A stretch of 64,000 nt of DNA from Octopus vulgaris (Eukaryota): positions 33,108,001-33,172,000 of the forward strand of contig OX597830.1 in NCBI GenBank assembly GCA_951406725.2, written 5' to 3'. The number at the start of each line of letters is the position of its first letter. Position 1 is the first letter of the stretch. A model generated the notes under the pieces. The model saw only the letters and a list, made by a program, of their open reading frames with translations. It was not told the origin of the DNA and did not search any database. The translations under genes and the position numbers were made by a program. Shown here piece by piece: positions 28,411 through 42,150 of the stretch.

Positions 28411-29257
28411 TTTGTCAGTAGTTCATGTATCTGAAAAGATGCACACTCTTAAACATTAGAGTAGTAATACTGAGAAGGTTGATTGTTGTGGCTGGTCAAA
28501 GAGACGGAAAGAGTGAGAAAGAGAGAGAGAAATAGAGAGATAAAGAGAGAGAGGGAAAGAAAGAGAGGGAAAGAGAGAGAGAGAGAAAGAGAGATAGAGA
28601 AAGAGTGTGTGTGTGTGTCTGGTGGGGGTGACTTGTGAATTGTCTGGTGACCTCAGTGATACTGGTGGCATGGAAAAAAAGGCATCCATTACACTGTGTA
28701 AAGTGCTTGATGTTAGGAAGGGCATCCAGCCATAGAAAGCATACCAAAGCACCGAAGCCGACACTGGAAGATCCTGCCATCCTCAACTCGTTGGACCTTC
28801 GTCAAACGATCCGACATATATCAGCAGAGAACATGGACCTTAAATGATGATGATGATGACGTTGATGATGATGATGATGATGAGGGGAGGAGGAGGATAA
28901 GCAACGTTTTTGCAAATTTATAAGAAAAACAAAGTAATGATAAATATTACTTTGATTAAAAGTTACTTTTAAAATTTTATCGTGAAAGAAAGGAATAACA
29001 GTTGTTTTCCTGTTTTGTTTCTTTCTTTTCCCCTTTTCTTTCGGAAATCATAGTTCTCGTATCAATCTTCACTTTCTTAACAAGCTTCTCAAGTAGCATT
29101 TGTGCTTCAGACATAACTCTTGGCAATATCCTAGAAATTAAATATGACCTTTGACAGTAATAACTTGTCAAAATTCTCAGCTCTGATCTTTGAAGATCTG
29201 TGGAAGTTTTGAAATAAATTAGCAACAATTTTATAATTGATTGTTAAATGTAGGAAT

Positions 29258-29294
<37 letters not shown>

Positions 29295-29652
29295 CATATA
29301 TATATATGTCAATTGAACTTAAGGTTCATGGCATAATATTTAAATATTTAAATAATTGTCACATCTACCTTTCAAAGAAAGTATTTGAAAGGTCTGATGG
29401 CTTTTAGGGTGTCTATTCTACTTAACACCGATCAAAGAAGGTGGGAAATACCATCTTGCTTAGCTTAAAGAAATTATTCTGTTGATAAGTGGTTTCGGTA
29501 ACTTTTAAGTATATTGGTACCTTTGCCTTTCCAAATTGAAATATAATGTATACATACATACAAACAAACATACAAGCATACATACTTACATACATATAAA
29601 CACACAGATATACACATATATAGACACACACATATATATATATACAAACACA

Positions 29653-29690
<38 letters not shown>

Positions 29691-29819
29691 TACATATATA
29701 TTTGTGTATATATATATATGTGTGTTTGTGTGTGCGTATATATATATATATATGTATATATATACATATATATATGTGTGCATCTGTGTATGTATATATA
29801 TGCATATATATATCTGTGT

Positions 29820-29865
<46 letters not shown>

Positions 29866-30689
29866 AAGTCTGTATTTGCATGTATTTGAGTGTTATTTCT
29901 AGTTTGGTTTTTGTTGTTGTTTATTTGTAAGTTTCAAGTGAGAAAGGCCTATGTGCTAGTGTTCCATAAAAATGAGGCAATTTGCAACAAATGAAAAGAA
30001 GAATTTGTTGACATACAGCATGTTGCTTTAAGTGCTATGTTAAGAATTTGCATGTGTATGTGTACCTCAGTGTGTATATGAGTAGCTATCAGTTTAACGC
30101 GAGGGATATGCTTAGTCAAGGATAATAATTTCATTGAGCTTATTTATTGATATTTTCACATCAAAACCTTTAAAATCTGCATTTAACCTCAATTTAAGAA
30201 CCCAAAATCGAATTGATTATTATTATTATTATCATCATTATTATTATTATTATTATTTCCATGTGGATATTTCTTATGTCAAAATCATGGCTAACATATG
30301 ATTTCAGGTTTTACTTTGAAACTGTATGATGTATTAGTAACCTTCACGCTGTATACTACTTATCTGGAAAATAGAAAAAAGAAAAGTACTTCTAATTTCA
30401 ATAAGATATATTCAATTGTAAAATATTTGCTTCGACACATTGATTTCTAAATGTGAAAATATAATAAAGGTTAATTGAAAATATGGGGATCGGAGCCTAA
30501 ACTTTAAAATGTTGTTTTATCTGATTTGAAGATTAAAAGCATTTTTTCTTTCACATAGAATTTAGATTTCTAACAAATTGTGTAGTTTCAAATTTGAGTC
30601 TTTTATATTTATCTGCTATGTCACAGTATCACATTATGAACCAGATCATCAGATGCTGTTGTACACCACTGGTCACAATACACTTTCAA

Positions 30690-31190
30690 TTCTACTTGGG
30701 AGCACACAATAAATATGTGCCGAGATACGGATGGTGAAATCTCAAAGAGAATAAAGGCAGGGTGGAAAGCAAAACTAGACAATACCATACATGCCAAACT
30801 CTTTCATAGAACCAACCTACATGTACTCTTATATGCAAGTGAGAAATGGGCTATTATGAAGATAGAACATTGACTAATAATGGCACCAAGGGCCATGGAA
30901 AGATCCATGCTAGGGACATCATTATGAGAGCACATTCAAAATGAGATATTTCGAGAAAAGAGTAAAGTGAATAATGCAATTACAGAGTACCAAAAGCACA
31001 AGTTCCCCTGGGTAGGACATGTCACAAGGGTCACAGACAACAGGTAGGCTCATGCAGTTGCTATCCAAGAAATTAGAAAAAGGTCAGTTGGAAGGCCCTC
31101 GGCAATGATCAGAGGACAATTTAGCTAAGTAATTTTGGGTCAAGAGGAAAAAGAATGGTGCGATCAAGACAAAATGGTATCTGCTATGTA
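30690..31190 (+). mobile_element. Decayed RTE-clade LINE fragment, second family
   Basis: Translates as GEISKRIKAGWK...LLYASEKWA...RAMERSMLG...IQNEIFREKSKV...KFPWVGHVTRVTDNR...KRSVGRP. Confidence 0.8.
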
Positions 31191-31883
31191 GGAATGTGTT
31201 TTAAAGAAGATCGAAGTGTTGTAATGTACCTTCTTCTTCATCATCATCATTGTTTTAATGTTCACTTTTCCATGCTTGCATGGATCGGATGGAATTCATT
31301 GTAGAAGATTTTCTATTGATGGATTCCTTTCCTGTCACTAAACCTTGCATGCTTTCCAGTGAAGGTTGGCCACAGTATTGTCCCAGTACTTTTCTAAGAC
31401 TAGTACTTACTCTATCAGTCTCTTTTGCCAATGCTGCTAAGTTACAGGGATATAAATACAACCCCCTCCACACACACACACACATGACAGGCATCTTATA
31501 GTTTCCATTTACCAAATAAACTTACAAGTAACGGTAAGGTAAAGCCATTAGGGCTGGTTCCTCAGTTTCCCTGGTGTATATATTCCTACCCAGGTAGTGG
31601 TGCCAGTCTGTCACAGGATTGCTCTGAGTGGGGTGGAGCAATTTGAAAGGAAATGTTTCGTTCGAGAATACGTGTTGCCAGGCCCAGGAATTGAAACCAC
31701 AATCTTATGATTATGAGTTCAATATGAGTTCAACACTCTAACCACTAAGCCACGTGCTTGTACATCCATTTGATCGAGGCTATAGTAGAAGATAGCTTAC
31801 CCAAGTTGCCACGCAGCAGGACTGAACTCAGAACAATGTGATTGGGAAGCAAGCTTCTTACCACACAGCCATGCCAGCATCTA

Positions 31884-31916
<33 letters not shown>

Positions 31917-32011
31917 GTGTGTGTATGTGTGTGTATATTTATATATATATATCATCATCAATATATATATATATAATATATATATATATCATCATCAATA
32001 TATATATATAT

Positions 32012-32046
<35 letters not shown>

Positions 32047-33491
32047 AGACATACATACGCACACACGTGCATACATACTTACATACATACATGCATACAT
32101 ACATACATACATTACACACACATGCATACATACATACATATATACATACAGTGGAAGATTTATAATAATTAAAAAATAGAAGAGATATACACACATATAT
32201 TATATATACATACACACATATATGAAATAACAAATTAAAGATGCTGAAATGCAAAAAAAACAATGATTCTTTAATAATATGGTTCCTTCATCCAAGTAAA
32301 CCTTCTCCATATTAGTAAACAGATTTGTTCTGCAACAGCACCGAGAGACCTCTTTATTTGACCAATTCAATCACCACCAGTCACTGCACTTTAAGCATCT
32401 TTCTATTGAAGTAGAAATTTAAGAAATCTTCTCTCATGATGACCCCTCTGATTCTTATGTACCTGATGACATATTGCTGCCATCTTAGAATCCAGCCCCC
32501 AAATCAACAGTGACTGGCTTAAATTTGACTGCTTTCTTTTCCTGCTTAGAGATAAGATTGCCAGAAATCATGTCACATTTAATCATGCCAAGCTTTCCTC
32601 CATCCTAATCTGTCTCAAGCCATCATCATCTTTGCCAAAAAGAAGATTCGAGGCATAACAAAAAAAAAAAAAGAATGGAAAAAAGAAAAAAAAATGAAAG
32701 TAAACAAAAATTGTGATGTGAAATGGAATGAAAATGCTCACATCTTATCTTAAATAGCCTAAAAGACTTGAGTATTTTTGCTTGTCGAAATCTTTTATTC
32801 CATGTTGCTTCTGAAATAAAATCTTAACTGCCACGATGCTTTTGACAAAGATTTCACATCAAAAACAAACATAAGTAAAAATAGGTAAATATAGAGCAAT
32901 TAGAATATCATTTTGTCAAACTAGTTTTACAAAAAAGAAATCTACAGGAATCTCTTGTTCGTGAACAAAGAATATAAATTGTATGTTGTAGAACTAAATA
33001 TAATAGTCAGCCCATGGTAGAATGTTTGAGATTTGCCTCTGATAAATATTGGCAGACTTAAGAAAAATCCCAGAGTAAAGTCTGTGTATGTTTATTCACA
33101 TATGCATGTATGTCTTTATGTACCACTGTGTGTGTGTGTGTGTGTGTGTGTGAGAGCATATAGTACATGTGGAAGTGTGGTAAGAGGTTAGCATCCTATC
33201 CACATGTTTCCAGGTTCAGCTCCACTGTATGGCCCCTTGGGTAAGCATCTTTTTCTATAGTTCTGGGCTGACCAAAGCTTTCTGAGTGAATGGAAACTGA
33301 AAGAAGCTTCTGTGTGTGTTTGTGTGTGTTTATGTTTGTCCACCACCACCACTTGACAAACGGTGTTGGTGTGTTAACATCCATGTAACTTAGTGGTTAG
33401 GCAAAAGAGACCAATACAATAAGTACAAAGATCAAGAGAAAAAGAAGAATTAGGATAGATTTGTTTACCGAAATCTTTCAAGCTTGCTTGC

Positions 33492-33560
<69 letters not shown>

Positions 33561-34115
33561 AAGTGTATGTGTGTATATATGTATATATCTGCACATATAT
33601 CTTTGTGCATGTGTTTATTCTCCACCACTGCTTGTGTTGGTTTTTTTACTTGTCCTCACTTAGCAGTTTGGCAAAAGAGACCAATAGAATAAGTACTAGA
33701 TTAGAAAAAGTGCTGGGGCTGATTTTTATGACTAAATAAACCCATTAAGGTGCTGCATCAGCATGGCCATAGTCCAATGACCGAAGCAAGTGAAAACTAA
33801 AAGATATATATGCATGTATGTTTATATGTATGTATATATGTATGTATGCATGTTTGTTTGTATGTATGTATGTATGGATGGATGCATGTTTGTATGTATG
33901 TATGTATGTATGTTTGTATGTATGCATGCATGTATGTATGTATGTGTGTGTGTATGTATGTATGTATGTGTGTGTATGTATGTATGCATGTATGTGTGTG
34001 TGTATGTATGTATGTATGTATGTATGTATGTATGTATATTTGTATGTATGTATGTATGTATGCATGTATGTATGTGTGTATGGATGGATGGATGTAAGTA
34101 TGTATGTATGTATGT

Positions 34116-34360
34116 AGGAGAGTCCAGTTTGCTGGACATTGTTGTAGAGCTGAAAAAGAGGTAATTTCTACTCTTCTCCCCTGGAAGCCATCTACTCGCA
34201 ATGCCAGAGGGCGCACATTCTCCTACCCTGATGTAATCTCCAGGGATATGGGCATCCAGCAACAGGACCTCCGTAATGCCATGATGGACTGTGAAGTCTG
34301 GCGTAGCATGGTAAATTCCATTGTCTCGACCACGGTCGAACAATGATGATGATGATGATG
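34116..34360 (+). mobile_element. 3' end of an RTE-like LINE with a (TGA)n tail, inserted in (TATG)n
   Basis: Translates as RRVQFAGHCCRAEKEVISTLLPWKP...RGRTFSYPDVISRD...DLRNAMMDCEVWR. The stop codon runs directly into a TGA-repeat tail. Confidence 0.75.
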
Positions 34361-34372
34361 TATGTATGTATG

Positions 34373-34685
34373 TCTCTTCTCTTTTTTAATTATTATAAAT
34401 CTTCCACCGAGGAGGGAACCAGTTCCCATCAAAGATACAAGGATCCATCTTTGGGATGTAGTTAACACAGGCAAATTCACATTTGGGACTTGAGTAAAGT
34501 CTTGCATATTTATACTGCGCCAATTACTGATTGCACTTGTAATGTACGAATCAGCCGGTTGAGTTCTTTTTCTGAAAATACCAGTTTATCCAGATTCCCC
34601 TTTAAGCATTTACTAAGAAAACCTAGTACTCCATTTATTGTTGGTATTGTTGGTAATCTGGATATAGAAACTGGAGATTTCAAAG
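34373..34685 (-). mobile_element. 3' end of a restriction-like-endonuclease (R4/Dong-like) non-LTR element
   Basis: The minus strand translates as NLQFLYPDY / IPTINGVLGFLSKCLKGNLDKL...LQVQSVIGAV*ICKTLLK, resembling the RLE C-terminal IPIVIGALG...IQK...GT..I.R..L motif. A short 3' UTR follows and abuts (CATA)n. Confidence 0.65.
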
Positions 34686-35012
34686 CAGTTGCATCCACAT
34701 TTTTACATTTATTTTTCATCATGGCTTAGTTTGAAGAGGTCATCACAGTTTTAGTCCTAGATGAGTCACAGGATTGTTTTTACTCATAAATTCCATATTT
34801 GGCATAATTTTCTGACTGGATGTCCTTCCCAACAACAACTGCTTTACAAAGTGTACATATCATCATCATCATCATCGTCATCATCGTCGTCATCGTCGTC
34901 ATCGTCGTTATCATCATCATTGTCATCACCATCATCACCACCACCACCATCATCATCAAGATTATCATCCTCATTGTCGTCGTCATCAGCGTAATCATCA
35001 TCACCGTTGTCG

Positions 35013-35075
<63 letters not shown>

Positions 35076-35096
35076 GCATCATCATCATCATCATCC

Positions 35097-35147
<51 letters not shown>

Positions 35148-35149
35148 CC

Positions 35150-36020
35150 ATCCAAAGAGCTGAGGAGAAGAGAAAAGAAGACCTTGAAATCAGAATGTAT
35201 GAACAGTTTGAAAGGAATACACAAGACGTTAAAGATAATACAGCATCGTGGGCATGGCTTGAGAGAGGTGATTTGAAGCATACCACTGAAAGACTGATCA
35301 TTGCTGCACAAGACTAGGCTCTCGCTACCAATTCAGTGAAGTATAACATCTATAAAATTTCTGACACCTAGGAATGCAGACTCTATGGAAAGAGTGTAGA
35401 AAATGTGACCCACTTGGTAAGTGGATGTGTGAGTCTTGATCAAAAAGAATACAAGCACTGCCATGATAAAATGTGTGTGTATCTTCATTGGCTCTTATGA
35501 CGTTAATACTAATATGAAATAACAGAGAATTGGTATGAGCATGTACCAAGTAAAATTATGCAGGAGGATGGAAAAGTAACGATACTCTGGGACTATGATT
35601 TTTCAGATGCATCGTGTAATTGAACACCCTCAGCTGGATATTGTCATGTTGAGTAAGAGAGACAATTGCTGTCAGATCATTGATGTAGCTATACCAAATG
35701 ATATGAATGTTGTGAGTAAAGTGCTTGAAAAAATCACCAAGTACTCCGGATTGAAAATGGAAATGGCAAAACTTTATGGAATGCAAGGGGGTAAGGTAAA
35801 AGTGATACCAGTGGTGATCAGAGCGTTGGGCTCGATCCCATTGAAACTTCAAGACTTCTTAAGGCAACTGGAAATCCCATGCAAGATTGATGTCTTGCAA
35901 AAAGCAGCCTTATTGAGTACAGCACACATCTTAAGGAAAGTATTATCTGTCTGAGGTACTTGTTGTGACTTGACAGATGACTAAAGACTCCGGGGCATTT
36001 TTACCTACACTATGTTATGA
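35150..36020 (+). mobile_element. 5'-truncated R4/Dong-clade non-LTR retrotransposon (CCHC zinc knuckle and RLE domain), decayed
   Basis: Translates as WLERGDLKHTTERLIIAAQD*ALATN...CRLYGKSVENVTHLVSGC..L...EYKHCHD...ILWD...DIVM...IIDVAIPND..V..K..EKITKY..L..E...VIPVVIRALG...LQKAALLSTAHILRKVL. A TAA-like run follows. Confidence 0.9.
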
Positions 36021-36067
36021 AGGAATAATAGTGATAATAATAGTAATAGGAGGAGGAGGAGGAGGAG

Positions 36068-36405
36068 ATCCCCTTCGGTCATGAATGACCATGTGATTGC
36101 ACCTAGAAAGTTACCCTCTGAGGCACAAGTCCAGGCAAAGTTATTTGTGGAAGGCCAGCAGTCACCCGTGCATACCAGCCTCCCCTCTCCACACCACTGA
36201 TGGTATCCAAGGGAAAGGCAAAGGAGGCCGATACAGCTTAGCACTAGTGATGTCGCAACTTATTTCTACAGCTGAGTTTTAACTGGAGCAATGTGAAATG
36301 AAGAGTCTTGCTCAAGAAGACAACACGCAGCCTGGTCCACGAATCGAACTCACAACCTCACGATCATAAGCGCGACACTCTAACCATTGAGCCATGCGCC
36401 TTCAC
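36068..36405 (-). mobile_element. tRNA-headed SINE with a family E head and a different tail
   Basis: The minus strand begins gtgaaggcgcatggctcaatggttagag...gagttcgattc...cttgagcaagactctt. Confidence 0.75.
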
Positions 36406-36944
36406 TGATAGTAATAATAATGATGATGATGATAATAATAATAATGATTGAGAAAGCACCGGCACAGGTGCTTTTATGTGCCACTAGCATGGGTGCTGGT
36501 TATGTGACATCGGTATCAGTCAGAGCTATGACTTGTCTTGACAAGTCTTCTCAAGCACAGGATATTGCCAAAAGTCTCTGTAACTTGTCATCACCTCTGT
36601 GAGGCCCAAATTCATAGACCATACTTCATATCTATCTATCTATGTGTATCTTCTTATCCTTACCCTTATTGTTTCTTCTGCTATTCTCTAAATTATAATA
36701 GACTTGACAAGATATACATTACATTCTAAACTCATTCTGCCAGAGATATGACAATAGAAACAATGTAAATATTTTGAGTTCCATTATTGATGTGAATATG
36801 TTAAAGCAGTGGTTTTTATCCTCTGTGTTTGAAGTCTATGCTGTCATCTGATCAGAACGGTTTCTTTCAAAATATATAATCAATTAAAGGAGTTGCTTGA
36901 AGTGGCTGTAATGAATTAACACCTGTATACTTTCGTTACTCATT

Positions 36945-36990
<46 letters not shown>

Positions 36991-37235
36991 CACACACACA
37001 CGCACGTGCACGCACACAAACACACACACATATATATATACATATATAAAAATAGGATAAGACCTTAATTTAAATTAATGATCATAACAAATAGCCAGCA
37101 TGAAAAGAAAAACCTTGCAGGTGATAATTATCATTAAAATTATAATCAAGAGTATCAAGGAGATGAATACTTGATGTGGTTTTAGAGTCAGGTTTTTGAC
37201 TGCTATCACTGGCATGGTGATATTTCCTTGATACA

Positions 37236-37362
<127 letters not shown>

Positions 37363-37374
37363 ATGTATACTCTT

Positions 37375-37756
37375 TCTCTTTTACTCTTTTACTTGTCATT
37401 TGACTGTGGCCATGCTGGAGCACCACCTTTTGTCAAGCAAATCGACCCCAGGACTTATTCTTTGTAAGCCTAGTACTTATTCTATCGGTCTCTTTTGCCA
37501 AATCGCTAAATTACGGGGACATAAACATACCAGCATCGGTTGTCAAGCAATGTTGGGGGGCAAACACAGACACACAAACACACACATATATATATATATA
37601 CATATACACGACAGGCTTCTTTCAGTTCATGTCTACCAAATCCACTCACAAGGCTTTGGTCGGCCAGAGGCTATAGTAGAAGACACTTGCCCAAAGTGCC
37701 ACGCAGTGGGACTGAACCCAGAACCATGTGGTTGGTAAGCAAGCTACTTACCACAC
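37375..37756 (-). mobile_element. SINE family C
   Basis: Near full-length match to 22168-22622 and 61932-62318. Confidence 0.85.
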
Positions 37757-37944
37757 ATGTGTGTATGTATGTATATGTATATATATGTATTTGTATACCA
37801 GAGTAAGCACATAAATGTGAAACAAGGTGGAAAAAATAGTACTCGAATACCAGAGGTAGAGTAATATGCTTTATTAAAAAGCAACAAAAATACCACAAAA
37901 ACTGTTACTCAGAGTTTTTAATAAAGTATATATATTCATATTTG

Positions 37945-38200
37945 CCTGGAGTTGACCATGCCTTCTCTTCATTCAGCCACCTCTTGTAACAACACTTCCT
38001 TACCTCTTTCTTTTCAATGTCTGCAAGAGTGCTATTACCATTGTGTACACACCTCTCAGTCATGTCCTGATCTTTCTTCTTTGCATTTCGTTACAACAAG
38101 GAACACCTCATGCCTTTGATCTTTATGTCTTCGAACTTTGGCAGACTTCTCCCTCTCAGCTTCTCTTGCTGGGTATACCCTGGTGTCTAGTCTAGTCACT
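37945..38200 (-). mobile_element. Internal RTE ORF fragment (endonuclease-RT linker), decayed
   Basis: The minus strand translates as VYPAREAEREKSAKVRRHKDQRHEVF...EKKEVRKCCYKRWLNEEKAW, resembling the RTE linker W..HFE.LLN.E motif. Confidence 0.55.
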
Positions 38201-38997
38201 CTACTTAAATCATGATATTGCTCCATGTTACCAATTTTCTTCTCTGTGTGCAGAATCAGACAATTTGTCAGTATTCTTCTGTAATAGCTCTCATTCATTT
38301 ATTTATTTATTGGTGTACTGAGAAGCTTAAGCCCTTCTCCTGTTTGATTTTGTTCTTATAAGTCTGCTATAAGTGTATTTAAAGTTGCATGTTTCTGTCT
38401 TTGTTAGTCTGTTCACTAATAAGTTTTAATAAATATTTGTGTCGGTGTATATCTGCATGCAAGTATATATGTGCATGTGTTTGTGTGTGTATGTTTGTGT
38501 TTGTGTGTGTATGTTTGTGTTTGTGTGTGATATGTTCACAGAGCAAGCAAGATAGATAACTAAAACAGTCATGCACAATTAGAATAAAACTGTAAAAACA
38601 AACAGACAAGAAAACAAAATTAAAGAACTTACTGCTCCAATGATTCTTGGCAATCAATCAAAATAAACCATCACTTACCACTTAAACAAAATGGCTGGCT
38701 ACTGCACTAATCTTCGTCAAATAAAAGCCGATGGAAATGAATAAAATCCCCTTTAGATGTCAGAAATATCATGATTTTCATAGTTCCAATTTTCTATTTG
38801 AACATAAGCAATAATAAATAAATAAATAATTTAATAAAATAAATTAAGATAAAAAAAAATAAACAAAAACGCTAAAAGAATATGTGTAATGGTAATAAAA
38901 TTAATCAGATACACTAAATAACAAACAGGAAGTTTGTTTTTAGCTTGTCTAAACAAAAGATGGCTACCCAGATTTGCTAAAACACATAAATAGTTAC

Positions 38998-39063
<66 letters not shown>

Positions 39064-40208
39064 GTCTGTCTATCTGTCTGTCTGTCAGTCTGTCAGTCTG
39101 TCTATCTATTAATCTATCTATCTATGTTTGTTCACACATGAAAGCTATTAATTGCTATAAATATTAAAGAATAATTTTTCTCCAGATCTCATTAGAGAAA
39201 ATTAATTTGAATAACTTTTGATAATTTTACATGAAACGGGATTCCTGGAAATTATCAAAGGGACATTTCAACCCCATTTCCCAACTCCAGTTTTGCATAT
39301 TTTATCAGGGGATTATAAGTTGATCTCATAAGGGAAGTTACTCTAAAACAGATTACAACAAACAAAATGCCATTGTTGTTTTTGTTTGTATTAATGTTGT
39401 TCTTAATTTTTTTTTTGTTTTTAAAATTCATTTGGTTTATTTATCTACTTAATGATTTATTAAAATATTTTTTTTCCCCCTTTTAATTTCTTCGTGTTTC
39501 AGATGAAAAGCTTGTATATCAAAATCTGTTTTTAGAGAAACCTATTCATTGAAAAGTGTGCACACGTGCTGTTGCTCATTTCATTTTTAGTTTTGTATTA
39601 AATTACATCTGAGTTGCTTAAAATGATGGCATGAAACCCACCCCCTACCCAACCTCGTTTACACACACACACACACATAGAGATACAACAGATTCACACA
39701 CACACACACAAACACAAAAAGCACACACATACATATACATATACATATATATATATGTGTGTGTGTATGTGTGCACACACCTATGTAGACAGATACGCTT
39801 ACGCAATCTTGAACAAGCACACACCTATTTACCTATATTCATTCTCCACCCTGACCTGCACGCCACCCTACAGCAATTAGTAGTTTCTTTTATTCATTTG
39901 CAAATTAAGGCAGCGAAGAGAAGAAGCGGCGCATTATAACAACAGTTAACATATTCGACTGAAAACATTAGCACCACGAAGAGACAGACAATAATGAGCA
40001 ACAATAACAACAACAGCAACAAAGATTATGACGAGGAAGATAATGATGATAATAGCGATAACCGAAGATTGTCTGTTTGTGTATGTGTATACATTAGACA
40101 GTTTCTTTGGAAAACTCTCTTCTCTCTCTCTCTCTCTCTCTTTTCACTTTCTCTCTCTATCTCTATGTAGACATATATACATTTATACATACATACATAT
40201 ATATATAC

Positions 40209-40251
<43 letters not shown>

Positions 40252-40508
40252 CATACATACATACACATATATATATATATATACATATATATACATATAT
40301 ATATATGTGTGTGTAGATATATATATATATATGGATGCATATATACACATATATACACACGTACATAAACTATCGATTCATTTAACTATGTATAGGTGCT
40401 AAACAATTTTCCATAAATTTGTTCATTGTTATTAATAGAGATGAAATTACACTTTGTATGTGTATGCACAAGCCTCACACATGAATAAACACATATAAGC
40501 ACAAATAC

Positions 40509-40541
<33 letters not shown>

Positions 40542-41731
40542 GTATATGTAAATATATATATATGTGTGTATATATATATACATGTACATATACATATATG
40601 TATATATATATGTATGAATGTATACACACATACACATATATTTACATATACTAATATATATATATATATATATATATGTATATGAACATATATATATTTA
40701 TATATGTGTGTATACATATGTATGTGCGTATGTATGCGCACATACACATAACATTAGCATGTAGACATAGGGATATGTTCATTTATATATATGATAGCAA
40801 AATGTTGGATTATTATAACATCGTTGACTTGGACAATAACTACGAAAATAGGATTGAATATAAATAAACACATGCACAAATAAATTTCATTCACTCGCTC
40901 ATTCATTATTTATTTATTTATTTATTTTTTGTTTCATGAATTCTTTCATACATTCGTTTATCCGTCCATCCATTTTTTTTATTTTGTTTTGTTTTTGTTT
41001 TTGTTTTTTTGCCATCTTCTGTTTTTCTCCATGCCAACACATGTTAGAAAGTGAGTTTATTTGAAGCAGGATTTTTTAAAGCCAGATGATGCTCTCCTCA
41101 TTGCTGGTTTTTTTACCGGGTTTCCAAGCAAGAGGAGACTTTAAGCAAAAAGGGATTTGAAAGTGCAGAGCTCTCCACGCACAGTATGCTCTTTTATTTG
41201 TTTCTGTAATTTCACTGCAGCCATGCTGGAGCACTGCCTTAAAGGGTTTCAGTCGAAGAAATCAAGCCCAGGACTTATTCGCTGCTTGTGAACCTAGCAC
41301 TTATTCTATCAAACTCTTTTGCCGAACTGCTAAGTTACAGGGACATAAGCACACCAGCATCAATTGTCAAGCAATGGTGGTGGCGGTGGTGGTGGTGGTG
41401 AGGACAAACACAGACACACACACACACACACATAAATACAAACAAACACACACACATATATAGGCGGCGGGTTTCTTTCAGTTTCTGTCTATCAAATCCT
41501 GAGGCTATATTAGGAGATACTTGTCCAAGGTGTGATACCGTCAGACTAAAACTGGAACCGTGTGGCTGGGAAGCAAGCTTCTTACCACACATCCACACCT
41601 GCACCTGTTGATGAGAAATATTAACATGAGTGTTGGGTCTCACAGTGGCAATGACTGAGACCTTTGGCATTATTCTGTGCTTGAGAAGAAGACCCATCAA
41701 GCCGAACAGAATCGCAGTCATGGCAGATACC

Positions 41732-42150
41732 TATTTCTTTACTACTCACAAGGGGCTAAACATAGAGGGGACAAACAAGGACAGACAAACGGATTAAGTC
41801 GATTATATTGACCCCAGTGTGTAACTGGTACTTATTTAATCGACCCCGAAAGGATGAAAGGCAAAGTCGACCTCAGCGGAATTTGAACTCAGAACTTAGC
41901 GGCAGACAAAATACCTACTTCTTTATTACCCACAAGGGGCTAAACACAGAGGAGACAAACAAGGACAGACATAGGTATTAAGTCGATTACATCGACCCCA
42001 GTGCGTAACTGGTACTTAATTTATCGACCCCGAAAGGATGAAAGGTAAAGTCGACCTCGGCGGAATTTGAACTCGCAACGTAATGGCAGACGAAATACCG
42101 CTAAGCATTTCGCCCGGCGTGCTAACATTTCTGCCAGCTCGCCGCCTTCA
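41732..42150 (-). mobile_element. SINE family B: a full-length copy plus a partial tandem copy inside one 12-bp TSD
   Basis: atggcagatacc is duplicated at 41720-41731 and 42151-42162. The minus-strand head ggcggcgagctggcagaaatgttag...gagttcaaattcc is A/B-box-like. CpGs are retained, which suggests a young insertion. Confidence 0.9.

Noticed and set aside
35595-35954. 119-aa ORF as a host nuclease gene
   Set aside because: It is the C-terminal RLE portion of a decayed R4/Dong retrotransposon, with upstream stops and frameshifts.
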